Shown here piece after piece: positions 51,569 to 63,019 of a stretch of 64,000 bases of DNA (the first letter of the stretch is position 1; each line of letters begins with the position of its first letter). This stretch comes from an uncultured Verrucomicrobiae bacterium (lineage in GTDB: Bacteria; Verrucomicrobiota; Verrucomicrobiia; Palsa-1439). Location of the stretch: contig CAWEWF010000006.1 of assembly GCA_963812605.1 (NCBI GenBank), positions 160,001 through 224,000 on the forward strand, read 5' to 3'. The position numbers and the translations under genes were made by a program. The notes beneath the pieces were generated by a model. That model saw only the letters and a list, made by a program, of their open reading frames with translations. It was not told the DNA's origin and made no database searches.

Positions 51569-53895
51569 TTAGTCCAGCACTTTGAGAGAGGTTGAGGTCA
51601 CGCTCAGTTCATCTCGAAGAACATGCGTTTCGCCATTAAGAATTACGCGCGCCGGCTCCTGTCCTTCTGATCCCTCAACCTCCAATCGATGAACGTCGTG
51701 TGTCAGGGTCAGGTTCAATCGGTATCCCCGGTAGGCGATCCGAAGTGACACGGATTTCCAAGCCTCTGGGAGGCATGGTTCAAACGCGATGCCCTTGGAA
51801 AGAAGACGCATGCCCAGAAACCCATAGACGAGCGTCTGCCAGGTGCCGCCCAGGGCCGCGGCGTGGAGCCCGTCGTCGATCGTCCCTCGCCCGTCATCGA
51901 GATCCAATCCCGCCGCCTTACAGAAGTAATCGTAGGCCTGTTGTTCCCGGCCGATCTTGGTTGCCAGGATGGAATGCGTGTTGTAACTCAACGACGAGAA
52001 GTGGAGAGTCATCGGTTCGTAGAAGTCGTAAGCTTCCCGCATTTGCTCCGCGGTAAATTCCTCCTGCAGCAAATACATGGCGACGATGATGTCCGCCTGT
52101 TTCACTACCCGATGCGTGTGTCGCAGCGCGTACGCTTCGTCAGCGCTCAGCCCCTTGAAATCGAGTGTTTTCTTGCCGAGCAGAAATTCGTCCTGCAGCG
52201 GGAAGTTGCGGCCGGGAACCAAGGGGACTGCCATCCGTTGGGCCGCATTCGTCCAGCTCGCGATCTCCCCGGCTCCAATCTCCAGTTTTTCGGTCAGCGC
52301 CTTCGCGGCCCGCGGTTCCGCGGCCTTGATGCTCTTGAGCCAACGCGCGGCGAGTTGAAGATGACGGCGCGCCATCAGACTTGTATAGCCGTTGTCCTTG
52401 CCGTGCTTGTCGAGCTCGTCCGGCCCCACGGTATTATGCAGATGCACGACACCCGCCCTGTCCTCTTCCAGGCGCGACATCCAAAAGCGCGCGGTATCCA
52501 CGAGCATCTCCAGCCCCTTGTCTCGCATGAACTCGTAATCACCGGTAGCCTGCGCGTATTGATCGATCGCATACGCGATGTCCGCGTTCTGATGCCACAC
52601 ATAATCACCGATACTCCACGGCGCTTGTTCGGTCCCATCCTCGGAATCCGTCATCCACGGGAAACAAGCGCCCGGGGACTTCAAACGACGGGCGTTGCGG
52701 CGCGCGCCCTCCAAGGTGCGATAGCGAAAATTCAGCAGATTTTTTGCCGCCTCGGGGTACGTGTGCACGTAATACGGCAGCAAGAAGGTTTCACTGTCCC
52801 AGTAATACAATCCGTGATAGCGGTTAAAGGCATACGCGCGCGCCGGTACGCTGATTTTGTCCGTATGAAATGGCGCCATCTGCAGCATGCTGAAGGAGCT
52901 GAACCGAAGGTACGTTTGATCTCTTGCCGGACCATCGATCGTCACATCCGCCATTGCCCAGCGGCGCCGCCAGACTTTTTCCGATTCTGCCAACGAATCG
53001 TGATAGCCAACTTTCAAGGCTTCACGCGCGATCGTAGTGGCCACTTCGGGAACGCGCGAGGGCTCCACTTCGTCCCGGGAACTGACTACCGCCACGCTGT
53101 GAAGGACGCTGGCTGATTCGCGTTTCTTGAGCGCAAGTACGACCTCTTGTTTCAGCACCGTTGAGTTTCGCGCGGACATGGCGCACGGACCGCCGGCGAC
53201 ATTGGAGGCAATATTCACGGTATGTCCTGTGCCCTTTACACAAAATGTCAGGTTCGCTTCCCCGGCGGCGCCCATGGTGACTTGCTGGTCCTCGAGAAGA
53301 TCCTCGCGCAGGTGAGGCAGGGACCGGTCCCGCACCGGAAATAGGTCGGATATGCTCCATCGAGTTTGAACGTCACGACGGCCTTGCCGTTCCAATTCTC
53401 CGGCAAAATGGTGATTTGTTGCAGGCCCAGATGCGGCTCAGCCGCCGAAAGGAACCGCTCGAAGAGCAGCCGGGTGCGCAACCCGGTCGGACTGACCCAC
53501 GACACGTGTCGGGACAATACGCCATTGTACATGTTCAACGATCGACTAAAAAAGTCGATCGTCCCTTCGGAAAGACTGAAGGGTTCTCCTTCCAAAGTGA
53601 TCTCGCAAGCGAACAGCTCGGGCAGCGTTATCATGGCCACCATGGGCCACCCATAATCGACGCGGACCTGTTTTAGCGCCGGCCCGTCAATCTGGCCAAA
53701 AACCCCGGCCAGATATCCCTCGCGAAAACTCTTAACCCCGGGGTTGGCCTCCTCGGTATAACCCCGGACACCCATATAGCCGTTGGACTGGGTGAAGATG
53801 GTTTCGAAGTAGATGCTCTTCTCCGGAGTCCACACGGATTGCGTCAAAAACCACGGGTCACCCGTAGCATACCAAGGCGACGTTATTGATTTCAT
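51569..53895 (-). CDS. GH65 disaccharide phosphorylase (maltose/kojibiose/nigerose type), frameshift near 53350
   Basis: ETIFTQSNGYMGVRG, YHGLYYWDSE, VGPDE, VVKQAD, SSLS, GLHAAALGGTW. Confidence 0.93.
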
Positions 53896-54060
53896 TTGGT
53901 TCTATTCAAAAAATGACACCGCCAAGCTTTTCCTCTCCACGACGGCATTGCACCATAGGTTCTCGCATTTGCCAAGATCACCAAGCCGGCGGCGGTTACA
54001 GTTATATCACTTCTCACATGCAATCGCCTAAAATGACAAAAACAACAACCCACTTTGGAC

Positions 54061-54070
54061 TTTACGTAAA
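54061..54070. promoter_or_regulatory. TTTACGTAAA palindrome, candidate operator 3
   Basis: In the divergent GH65/GH87 intergenic region. Confidence 0.8.
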
Positions 54071-54229
54071 TCAAGCACTTGGTTGCCGACATTGAAGTCA
54101 TCGGCTTTTATACTTAAAGTTGAAGTACACACGCATGAAAGCCAAGATGCTTCGCGGACGTCCTCAATACTGCCTGTCTCCAAAAATGGCACCGTGGTTG
54201 CGCGCTGCCGGAATATCAAGAAAGTAAGC

Positions 54230-57200
54230 ATGATAAAAGCATGTAGAGTAGTGGATGGTTTCCGACTTGTCGCGGCGGGGGCCCTGGCGCTCATCTTGGG
54301 TTTCACTCTTCCTGCTCAAGGCCAGGAATGGCTGATTGCCATGGGAAACCCCAATAGCTTCCGCGGCGCCACCGTGCCGAGCCCGGATCCAAACGGGCAT
54401 TACTGGAACGCCGTTGATGCCGGCCATTTCTTCCCCAGCCTGACGAACATAAACGGTCAAGCGACAAGCCTGGCACTGAGTTTTGACGCCTCGAATGGCA
54501 ACGACTTTTACAATGGTCCTGCCGGGACGACCCAGAATCCTACTGCCGTAGTCATCAACGCCACTGCGCTTGGCGATCTGGGCTACAAAAACGGTGTGTA
54601 TCATTATTACGTTAACACGGATTTCGAAATCCAGGGTCTGGACCCGGCTAAGCAGTACAACCTGACCTTCTTCGGCTCGCATGCCTACAGCACCGACACC
54701 GCGACAACGTATTCACTCTACACCGACAACGGCTATTCCAACGCGTTACAGTCCGTTAGTCTCAATGTGCAGGATCCAAGTAACGCAGGCCAGTGGAACA
54801 CAAACCAGGTGGCTGTCCTCAACAACGTATCGCCACAGGCCAGCGGCATCCTGTACATCGGGTTCATCGGAGCCCAGGGCGATCTTGGCTATCTGAACGC
54901 CATGGAAATTCAGCTCGTTCCGGTAATCATTACGAACTCTGCTTCGGTGTCTCGAGGTGCGACCGTACCGTGGACCACCTACGAAGCCGAGAACATGGTG
55001 AACACCGGCACGATCCTCGGCCCCTCGTACGCTGGAAATAACGTCGCGTCGGAATCGTCGGGGCGCCAATGCGTCCAGCTCAATGCTACCAACCAGTACG
55101 TACAGTTCACCGCCCTGACAAACGCCAATGCCATCGTCGTGCGCTACAGTGTGCCCGACACCGCGAACGGCGTCGGGACCAATTATACCCTCAGCCTCTA
55201 CACCAACGGCGTATTTGCTGCCAAATTGCCGATGACCTCCCTGTATTCCTGGCTGTATGGGGTTTACAGCAATGGAACTCCCGCGTTCGGCAACAATCCC
55301 GCCAACGGCAACCCAAGGAACTTCTATGATGAGGTGCGCACCAATGGGTGGTCGATCAGCCCCGGCGACGTAATCAAACTCGAGAAGGACACCAACGACA
55401 CGGCTTCCTTTTACGACATTGATCTTGTTGACCTGGAAAATGTTCCCGCCGCCATCACGCAAGCCGTCGGTTCGGTCTCCATCAAGAGCGCCCCGTACAA
55501 CGCGGTCGGCGACGGAATAAACGACGACACTTCCGCCCTGCAGAATTGCATTAACGCGAACACCAGCGTGTACCTGCCGCCCGGCAATTACAAAATCACC
55601 GGCTCCATCAACCTTCCTTCCAACCGGGCAATTCAAGGCGCGGGCATGTGGTATACCACGCTGGTCGGCGATCCCACTCTGTACACCACCTCTTCCCGGC
55701 GGGTCACGTTGAACGGGAACGGAAGCAACATTCACCTGTCGGACTTGGCGATTTTAGGAAAGTTGAACTACCGAAATGACAACGAACCCAATGACGGCCT
55801 GGGTGGGGCGTACGGCACGGGGTCAACCATCTCCCGTATCTGGGTGGAGCACACCAAGACGGGCGCCTGGCTTGTGAATTCCCAGGGTTTGGTCGTGGAT
55901 AGCTGCCGCTTCCGTGACACGATCGCGGACGGGATCAACCTCGTTGTGGGGATGCGTAGCTGCACGGTCACGAACTGCACAGCGCGCGGGACGGGTGATG
56001 ATTGTTTTCCCATCTGGCCGGCAACCTACATGTCGCAGACCTATACGCCCGGTCTTAACGTCATCACCCACTGCACAGGACAGACCCCGTTTCTGGCCAA
56101 TGGCGGGGCGATCTATGGTGGCGTCAGCAACACCATCGAGGATTGCGTGTTCCAGGATATTCCCTACGACTGTGGTATCCTGATCAGCACCACCTTTGCC
56201 GTGGGCGGTAATGTTTTCAGCGGGACCACGGTTGTGCAGCGATGCGACCTGATTCGCTGCGGGGGCACGGGCGTGGGCGCGGGCCTGCAGATCTGCCTGC
56301 AAGGCGCTGGCATCTCAGGCGTCAATCTCAACAATCTGAATATTACCAACAGTGCTTCCGATGGATTGAGCATCATCAACGGCGCGGGCTCGCTCAGCAG
56401 CGCGATCATGTCCTATGTGAACATCCCCAATTACGGCCTTGGGGGCGGCAGCCATAATGGGTTGTGGGCGCGCTTCGATGCCGTTGGCAGCATGACGGTA
56501 AGCAATTGCACCCTGGCGGAATATCGAGACGACACATCCAACTTTACTTTCATTTTTGTCACCTCCAACGTTCCGGTCACGGTGCAGACCAGTCCGCCGG
56601 GCCTTTCGTTCACGGTGGACGGCACGAACTACAGCAGCGCCCAAGCTTTGAATTGGCTTTATGGATCGAGCCACACCCTCGCGACAACTTCGCCGCAGAG
56701 CGGCGGAACGGGCGTTCAATACGTCTGGAGTTCGTGGAACGACGGTGGAGCGCTGTCGCATGCGGCCACCGCAACCACCAACATGACCTACACGGCGAAT
56801 TTCACGACACAGTATTTCCTGACGATGAACGCCGGGCTGGGAGGAAGCGCGAGTCCGAGCAGCGGCTGGAACAACAGCAATGCGGTGGTGAACATCAGTG
56901 CCACCACGTCCAACGGCTATGCTTTCAGCGCCTGGGCTGGTAGCGGCAGCGGTTCGTATTCGGGAACCAATGGCTCCGCTTCCGTCACGATGAACGGGCC
57001 AATCACGCAGACAGCCAACTTCGACTTCCTGGCGGCGATTACGGGAATCACGATTGGCGGCGATGGCTCCGTGACGATCAATTACTCCACCACGTCGGGC
57101 CTTACCTATCACGTCGAAACCACAACCAACCTGACCTCGTCCCCGTGGACGACGCTACCGGGAAGCACGACCAACGCCACGGGGAGTTCCATTATTTTCA

Positions 57201-57256
57201 TCGATCCCAACGCCGTGGGCGACCCTCAGCGCTTCTATCGGGTGGGGTCGCCGTAG
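54230..57256 (+). CDS. GH87-like alpha-1,3-glucanase/mycodextranase with N-terminal GHYWN domain and RFYR C-terminal domain
   Basis: RGATVPWTTYEAE, ASESSGRQ, IVVRYSVPD, GAGMWYT, WVEHTKTG, ADGIN, RGTGDD; ends GDPQRFYRVGSP. Confidence 0.88.
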   Translation: MIKACRVVDGFRLVAAGALALILGFTLPAQGQEWLIAMGNPNSFRGATVPSPDPNGHYWNAVDAGHFFPSLTNINGQATSLALSFDASNGNDFYNGPAGTTQNPTAVVINATALGDLGYKNGVYHYYVNTDFEIQGLDPAKQYNLTFFGSHAYSTDTATTYSLYTDNGYSNALQSVSLNVQDPSNAGQWNTNQVAVLNNVSPQASGILYIGFIGAQGDLGYLNAMEIQLVPVIITNSASVSRGATVPWTTYEAENMVNTGTILGPSYAGNNVASESSGRQCVQLNATNQYVQFTALTNANAIVVRYSVPDTANGVGTNYTLSLYTNGVFAAKLPMTSLYSWLYGVYSNGTPAFGNNPANGNPRNFYDEVRTNGWSISPGDVIKLEKDTNDTASFYDIDLVDLENVPAAITQAVGSVSIKSAPYNAVGDGINDDTSALQNCINANTSVYLPPGNYKITGSINLPSNRAIQGAGMWYTTLVGDPTLYTTSSRRVTLNGNGSNIHLSDLAILGKLNYRNDNEPNDGLGGAYGTGSTISRIWVEHTKTGAWLVNSQGLVVDSCRFRDTIADGINLVVGMRSCTVTNCTARGTGDDCFPIWPATYMSQTYTPGLNVITHCTGQTPFLANGGAIYGGVSNTIEDCVFQDIPYDCGILISTTFAVGGNVFSGTTVVQRCDLIRCGGTGVGAGLQICLQGAGISGVNLNNLNITNSASDGLSIINGAGSLSSAIMSYVNIPNYGLGGGSHNGLWARFDAVGSMTVSNCTLAEYRDDTSNFTFIFVTSNVPVTVQTSPPGLSFTVDGTNYSSAQALNWLYGSSHTLATTSPQSGGTGVQYVWSSWNDGGALSHAATATTNMTYTANFTTQYFLTMNAGLGGSASPSSGWNNSNAVVNISATTSNGYAFSAWAGSGSGSYSGTNGSASVTMNGPITQTANFDFLAAITGITIGGDGSVTINYSTTSGLTYHVETTTNLTSSPWTTLPGSTTNATGSSIIFIDPNAVGDPQRFYRVGSP

Positions 57257-57334
57257 GAAGTTGGCAAGGCTCCGCCGATCCGGTCATTCGATTCAGAGTC
57301 AGCGCTGGCTGGTAACGGCGGCGGGCCTGATCCA

Positions 57335-57344
57335 TTTACGTAAA
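57335..57344. promoter_or_regulatory. TTTACGTAAA palindrome, candidate operator 4
   Basis: Upstream of the second GH87-like gene. Confidence 0.8.
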
Positions 57345-57411
57345 GCACGCATTGCTTTGCTGGCTCCGGACAATTGTTGTTTATGGTAGGCGTTTCATTT
57401 CCGGTTCAGCT

Positions 57412-60400
57412 ATGAATGCCAAGACGCTTCTCCTCGGGCTCATCCTCACACTTCTCGTTTCGCTGAACTCCGCATTCGCGTCTACTGGCGCGACCGTGCC
57501 GTGGACCACCTATGAAGCGGAAGCGATGACCATCAACGGTGGCACGATCCTTGGCCCTCCTCCGGTGTCCGTGGACAAGAACGCCGTGGTCACTAATACG
57601 GTCGCAGGAGAAGCCTCAGGCAGGCAGTGTGTCAGCCTGACCGGTACGGGGCAATACGTGCAGTTCGCGGCGCAGGCGGCGGCCAACACGTTGGTCGTGC
57701 GCTACAGCGTGCCGGATACGGCGGACGGGGTCGGGGCTGATTACACCATCAGTCTTTATCTTAACGGAACTTTCGTTCAGAAAATTCCCGTGACTTCCAG
57801 GTATTCGTGGCTCTACGGTGGTTACACGTTTTCCAACAATCCGGGCGATGGTAACGCGCGAAACTTCTTCGACGAAGCGCGAGTGATGAACTTGACGATT
57901 AACCCGGGGGATCTTGTCCGCCTGCAGATTGACGCGAATGATACGGCCGCGTTTTACATCATTGACCTCGTTGACCTTGAACTCATCGGCCCGCCGCTCA
58001 CTCAACCGCCAGGCTCACAGTCGGTCATGGCCTGCGGGGCGGTCGGCAACGGCGTTGCCGACGACACGACCGCCATCAACAACTGCGTCAGCCAAGGGGG
58101 CACCATCTGGTTTCCTCCTGGCAACTATCTGGTCGACGCTGACATCGTTGTTCCCCCCGGCACAACCATCCAGGGCGCCGGCATGTGGTACACGACGTTC
58201 GTTGGCAATCCCGCCGTGTATAATAGCAATTCGGAAGCGCGGGTTCGGTTCGACGGCGAGGGCAGTAACACCCACTTCGCCGACTTCGCGATCCTCGGGA
58301 AATTGAATTACCGCAATGACAGTGAGGCGAACGATGGGTTCAGCGAAGTGTTCGGCACCAACTCGAGCATCGCGCGAGTCTGGGTCGAGCACACCAAAAC
58401 CGGCGCCTGGCTTGCCAATGCCCTGGGCATGCTGATCACGGATTGCCGGTTTCGCAATACAATCGCGGATGGCATCAACATCGACGTGGGCATGCAGGGT
58501 TGCATCGTGAGCAACTGCACCGCGCGCGGCACGGGCGATGATTCCTTTGCCATCTGGCCCGCCACGTATCGTACGGCGGCCTATCAACCCGGGTACAACG
58601 TCTTCACTCACTGCACCGCCCAGTCCCCCTGGTTCGCCAACGCCTGCGGAATCTATGGCGGGGTCAGCAACCGGGTTGAGAACTGCCGGTTCGTCGACAC
58701 TCCCGACGGTTGCGGCATCCTGATTGCCGGGACATTTCCCATCGGCTCGAATGTGTTCGCGGGAATCACCGTCGCCCAAAACTGTGATTTGGTTCGCTGC
58801 GGCGGTTTTGATCCCGGCTGGCAATGGCGCGGAGCACTCACGCTCTGTCCGCAAAACATCGACATCAATGGCGTCCAAATCAATAACCTGAATATTTCCA
58901 ACAGCCTTTCCTACGCGGTGCAAATTGTCGATCCGGGTGGCGGTGTGGTCACCAACGCAACCATGAGCAGTGTGAATGCTTCCGGCTACGCTCTCCAGGT
59001 TCACGAGTTTCACCCGCAGAACAATTGTTGTTCCAACGTTTTTGTCGACGGCGTATTCGGCGTGCTCGCCCGCAGCGACGCCAAGGGCAGCATCAACGTC
59101 ACCGACCTCGTCGTTAGCAACACGCCCATCATTTCCCAGCAGACGCCAGGAACCATTTTTACCAACCAGTCCAACGGCCAGTTCACCTTCAATTTTCTCA
59201 CGCAACCAATCAGCGTGACGGTCCAGGCCAATCCGGCCGGACATTCATTCGTCGTGGATAGCGTGACTTACACCAACACCCAAACATTCAATTGGACGCA
59301 GGGCTCGATCCACACCATCGCCACCACCACACCCCAGAACGGCGGAACCGGCGTGCAGGACGTCTGGACTTCGTGGAGCGACGGCGGGGCAATATCGCAT
59401 ACAGTGGCGCCCACGACCGGGACAACCTACACCGCGAACTTCACGACGCAGTATTACCTGACGATGGACGCGGGCACGGGCGGCAGCGTGAGCCCGGTCA
59501 GCGGTTGGCAAAACAGCAACGCCGTGGTGAACATCAGCGCCACACCGTCGCTCGGCTTCCAGTTGGATGGTTGGAGCGGAACCGGCAATGGCTCATATTC
59601 GGGGACCAACAGTTCGGCCTCCGTCACGATGAACGCGCCGATTGCTCAGACTGCCTTCTTCAGCAGCCCGCAAGTGCAGTCGATGAGCTTTGCGCAACAG
59701 CCCGGCAATGTGCTTCAGGGCGCGATTATCGCTCCGGAGGTCCAGGTGCAAGCCATCGACACCAATGGCTCGCCGGTGGCGGGCGCGGCGATCACCCTGT
59801 CGCTGGGCAGCGGCACCGGGACGTTGGCAGGCACGCTGACCCGTGTAACCGACGGTAGCGGCCTGGCCCATTTCGGGGATTTGAGTGTGAATCAGCCCGG
59901 TCCGAAAACGCTGACCGCAACCGCCGGCAGCGGCCCCGCCCCGCCGACCAACAGCAGTTCCTTCATGGTAATCGGATCGGTAGCGGCGCTGGCGTTCACG
60001 ACGCAGCCCGGGTTGGCCGTGCCGGGCCAGCCATTCGGCCAGCAACCGGTCGTCAAGACGGTGGACGCCTTCGGCACTCCGACCATAGTGGGCTTGCCAT
60101 CGAGCCTGATTGTCTACGTCTCGCTCACCAACGGCGTCGGCACTCTCTCCGGCACGACCAGTTTGGACATCGGTACCAGTGCCGGCAATGGAGCGGTGGC
60201 GTTTGGCAATCTGTCAATTGATACTGCCGGCACCAATGACCAGCTCGTGGCTTCGGTGGTGCCGGTTGCGACGGGCAACCCGGTATCCGGCGCCGTGCTC
60301 TGGCTGGATGCCAACGACCCGAGCACGATCACGACGAACGGAACACGAGTCCAGGCATGGAAGAACAAAGGCACCGGCGGGACGACGGGTGCGAATCTCT

Positions 60401-61805
60401 GGTTCACGCAGAACACGACCGGGCTGCAGCCGTGGATGACCAACCGGATAGGTGGCAAGACGGTGCTCACGTTCAGCAAGAATGGGAACGGTTATAGCGC
60501 CGGCTGCACTTACCTCGGCAACATCGGCCTGAACTCCTACACCAACAGCGGCAACCAGATGAGCTATTTCCTTGTCGCGCGCCAAACGAGCAACACCTAC
60601 GGCTGGCAAGGTCCCGTCAGCTTCAGCAGGTCGGGACAAACCGACGGGCAAGGCACAAGCGGCGTGGTGATCCTGACGGATGGCAGTCAGTCTGCGCCGT
60701 ACCCGTTTGGCATTCAACGCAATCACCCCGCCACCCCGATGCAGGCGAATGTCGCATCGGCGGCTCTGAATACTGCGTTTATGTTGACCTTCGTGGACAA
60801 CGGCGGCACGGCCACTTTGCGGTTGACCGATTCTACCGGTTCCTCCCGAAGCAACAGCGCGAACATCGTCAACGGAATCAGCCCCTACAAGTACAACATC
60901 ACCGATGTCACGATTGGCGGCCGGCTGGAGCCGTCGCCTTCAACGATTGACAACGGATGGGATGGTGATGTGGCCGAGGTGCTGGTTTACAACACCGCGC
61001 TGAGTGCCGCTGATCGCAGTTCCGTGGAAGCATATCTGAGCAACAAGTGGTTTGTGTCCAGTGTCGCGCTTTCTCTGAGCAACACCATCAGCGCGCCATT
61101 CACCGTGCAGTCCACGGTGAGCGTGATGGTTCAGCCCAATCCATCGGGACTTTCATTCACGGTAGATGGCACTAACTACAGCAGCGCCCAAACTTTGAAT
61201 TGGCTTTATGGATCGAGCCACACCCTCGCGACCACTTCGCCGCAGAGCGGAGGAACCGGCGTTCAATACGTCTGGAGTTCCTGGAGCGATGGCGGAGGGT
61301 TGTCGCACATGGTCACCACGACCACCAACATGACCTACACGGCGAATTTCACGACGCAGTATTTTCTGACAATGAACGCCGGGCCGGGAGGCGGCGTGAG
61401 TCCAGTCAGTGACTGGTACAACAGCGGAACGAATGCGAATATCAACGCCACCGCGTTGAGCGGTTATGCTTTCAGCGCGTGGACAGGCACCGGCAGCGGC
61501 TCGTATTCCGGAACCAACAACTCCGGCATTCCGTCACGATCAACGGGCCAATCACGCAGACAGCCAACTTCGACTTCCTGGCGGCGATTACGGGAATCAC
61601 GATCGGCGGCGATGGGTCAGTGACCATCAGCTACGCCACCATGTCGGGCCTTACCTATCATGTCGAAACCACAACCAACCTGACTTCGTCCCCATGGACG
61701 ACGGTGCCGGGGAGCACGACCAACGCCGCGGGGAGCACCATCATCTTCATCGATCCCAACGCCAGGGGCGACCTGCAGCGCTTCTATCGGGTGGGGTCGC
61801 CGTAG
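57412..61805 (+). CDS. Second GH87-like enzyme with Ig-like and LamG/ConA-like domains and RFYR C-terminus, frameshift near 61525
   Basis: Same GH87 motifs; LAFTTQP Ig-like units; LWLDAND...GDVAEVLVYNTALS; ends GDLQRFYRVGSP. Confidence 0.88.
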
Positions 61806-61821
61806 CGCGAAAATCCTCTGG

Positions 61822-61835
61822 ACTTTACGTAAAGT
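61822..61835. promoter_or_regulatory. ACTTTACGTAAAGT palindrome, candidate operator 5 (autoregulatory)
   Basis: 14-bp perfect palindrome 17 nt before the LacI GTG, between TGGACT and CATGAT. Confidence 0.85.
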
Positions 61836-61852
61836 TCGCGCATGATAGTCGC

Positions 61853-62920
61853 GTGACAACCAAGTTTCGAGTCCTGCTCCGCGAAATCGCCGACAAGACC
61901 GGCATCTCTCGCATGGCCGTTTCACTCGCCCTCCGGGGCAAGTCCGGCGTCTCGGAAGGGACTCGCAAGAAGGTTCTGAAGGTCGCCAAGGAACTCGGTT
62001 ATGAACCGGATCCGGAAGTTGCCAAGCTCCTCTCGCACATCCGCGCCAAGCGGTCTCTCGATACCAAAGCGTGCCTGGCATTGTTGACTTCGGGAGCGAC
62101 GCTGCAGGATTGGAAACGTTACTCGACGGAGCGCAAGTACGTGGAAGGCGCCCACGCTCGCGCGAAAGAATACGGTTATCACATCGAAGAGTTTTGGATA
62201 AACGAACCCGGCATGACGCTTTCCCGCCTCAGCAACATCATCTGGAGCCGGGGAATTGAAGGCGTGATCATCGCTCCGCTCCAAACCAGGCTTTCGGGAA
62301 AAGTAGCGCGCTCGATCCGGCTTGATTTCAACTTGTTCTCGGCCGTGGAAATCAGCGAAACGGTCGAGTGGCCGGATTTGGACCGCGCGGTTCACGATCA
62401 ATACACCTCCATGCTCAAGGCGCTCGATGAACTTTCCGGCCTGAACTACCAGACCATCGGACTGGTGCTCGAGGAAGCGTTGGATTTGCGTGTCAACGGC
62501 AAATGGACGGCGGCCTACCTGCGTTATCGAAATCAGTGGGACGCCAAAAGATTGCCCCCTCCCTTGATCCTGGATTTTCCAAGACAAGCGGCCTTTGACC
62601 GCTGGTTCGACCGCTATCGCCCGAATGCGATCATCAGTGTTGATCGTTTCGGATTACAGTTGCTTATCAAAAGAGGGCTGGATGTGCCCGGGGATCTCGG
62701 CTACGCGTCGCTGGATGTGGACGGGGATGCGGATGTCTATCCGGATGTGAGCGGAATTGACCAAAACTCGGAAATCGTCGGCGCTGCGGCCGTCGATATG
62801 CTGGTCGCTGCAATTCATCGAGGTCACCGCGGGATACCATCCCATCCAGTGCGCGTCGAGGTGGAAGGCTCTTGGAAACCGGGCAAGAGTACCGTCAAGA
62901 AACGCAACGCCAGGCCCTGA
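61853..62920 (+). CDS. LacI-family transcriptional regulator
   Basis: HTH LREIADKTGISRMAVSLALRG, ELGYEPDP; VPGDLGYASLD, SGIDQ. Confidence 0.93.
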   Translation: MTTKFRVLLREIADKTGISRMAVSLALRGKSGVSEGTRKKVLKVAKELGYEPDPEVAKLLSHIRAKRSLDTKACLALLTSGATLQDWKRYSTERKYVEGAHARAKEYGYHIEEFWINEPGMTLSRLSNIIWSRGIEGVIIAPLQTRLSGKVARSIRLDFNLFSAVEISETVEWPDLDRAVHDQYTSMLKALDELSGLNYQTIGLVLEEALDLRVNGKWTAAYLRYRNQWDAKRLPPPLILDFPRQAAFDRWFDRYRPNAIISVDRFGLQLLIKRGLDVPGDLGYASLDVDGDADVYPDVSGIDQNSEIVGAAAVDMLVAAIHRGHRGIPSHPVRVEVEGSWKPGKSTVKKRNARP

Positions 62921-62922
62921 CC

Positions 62923-62932
62923 TTTACGTAAA
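62923..62932. promoter_or_regulatory. TTTACGTAAA palindrome, candidate operator 6
   Basis: Between the LacI stop and the GH71/99-like gene. Confidence 0.8.
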
Positions 62933-63019
62933 CCGGAATCGATCGTCGGTTCGTCCATTCGGCTTGATACTGTAACCTCCAGTGAACTCTCCAAACTTTC
63001 CGAAAGCCGACTCGCGCCC

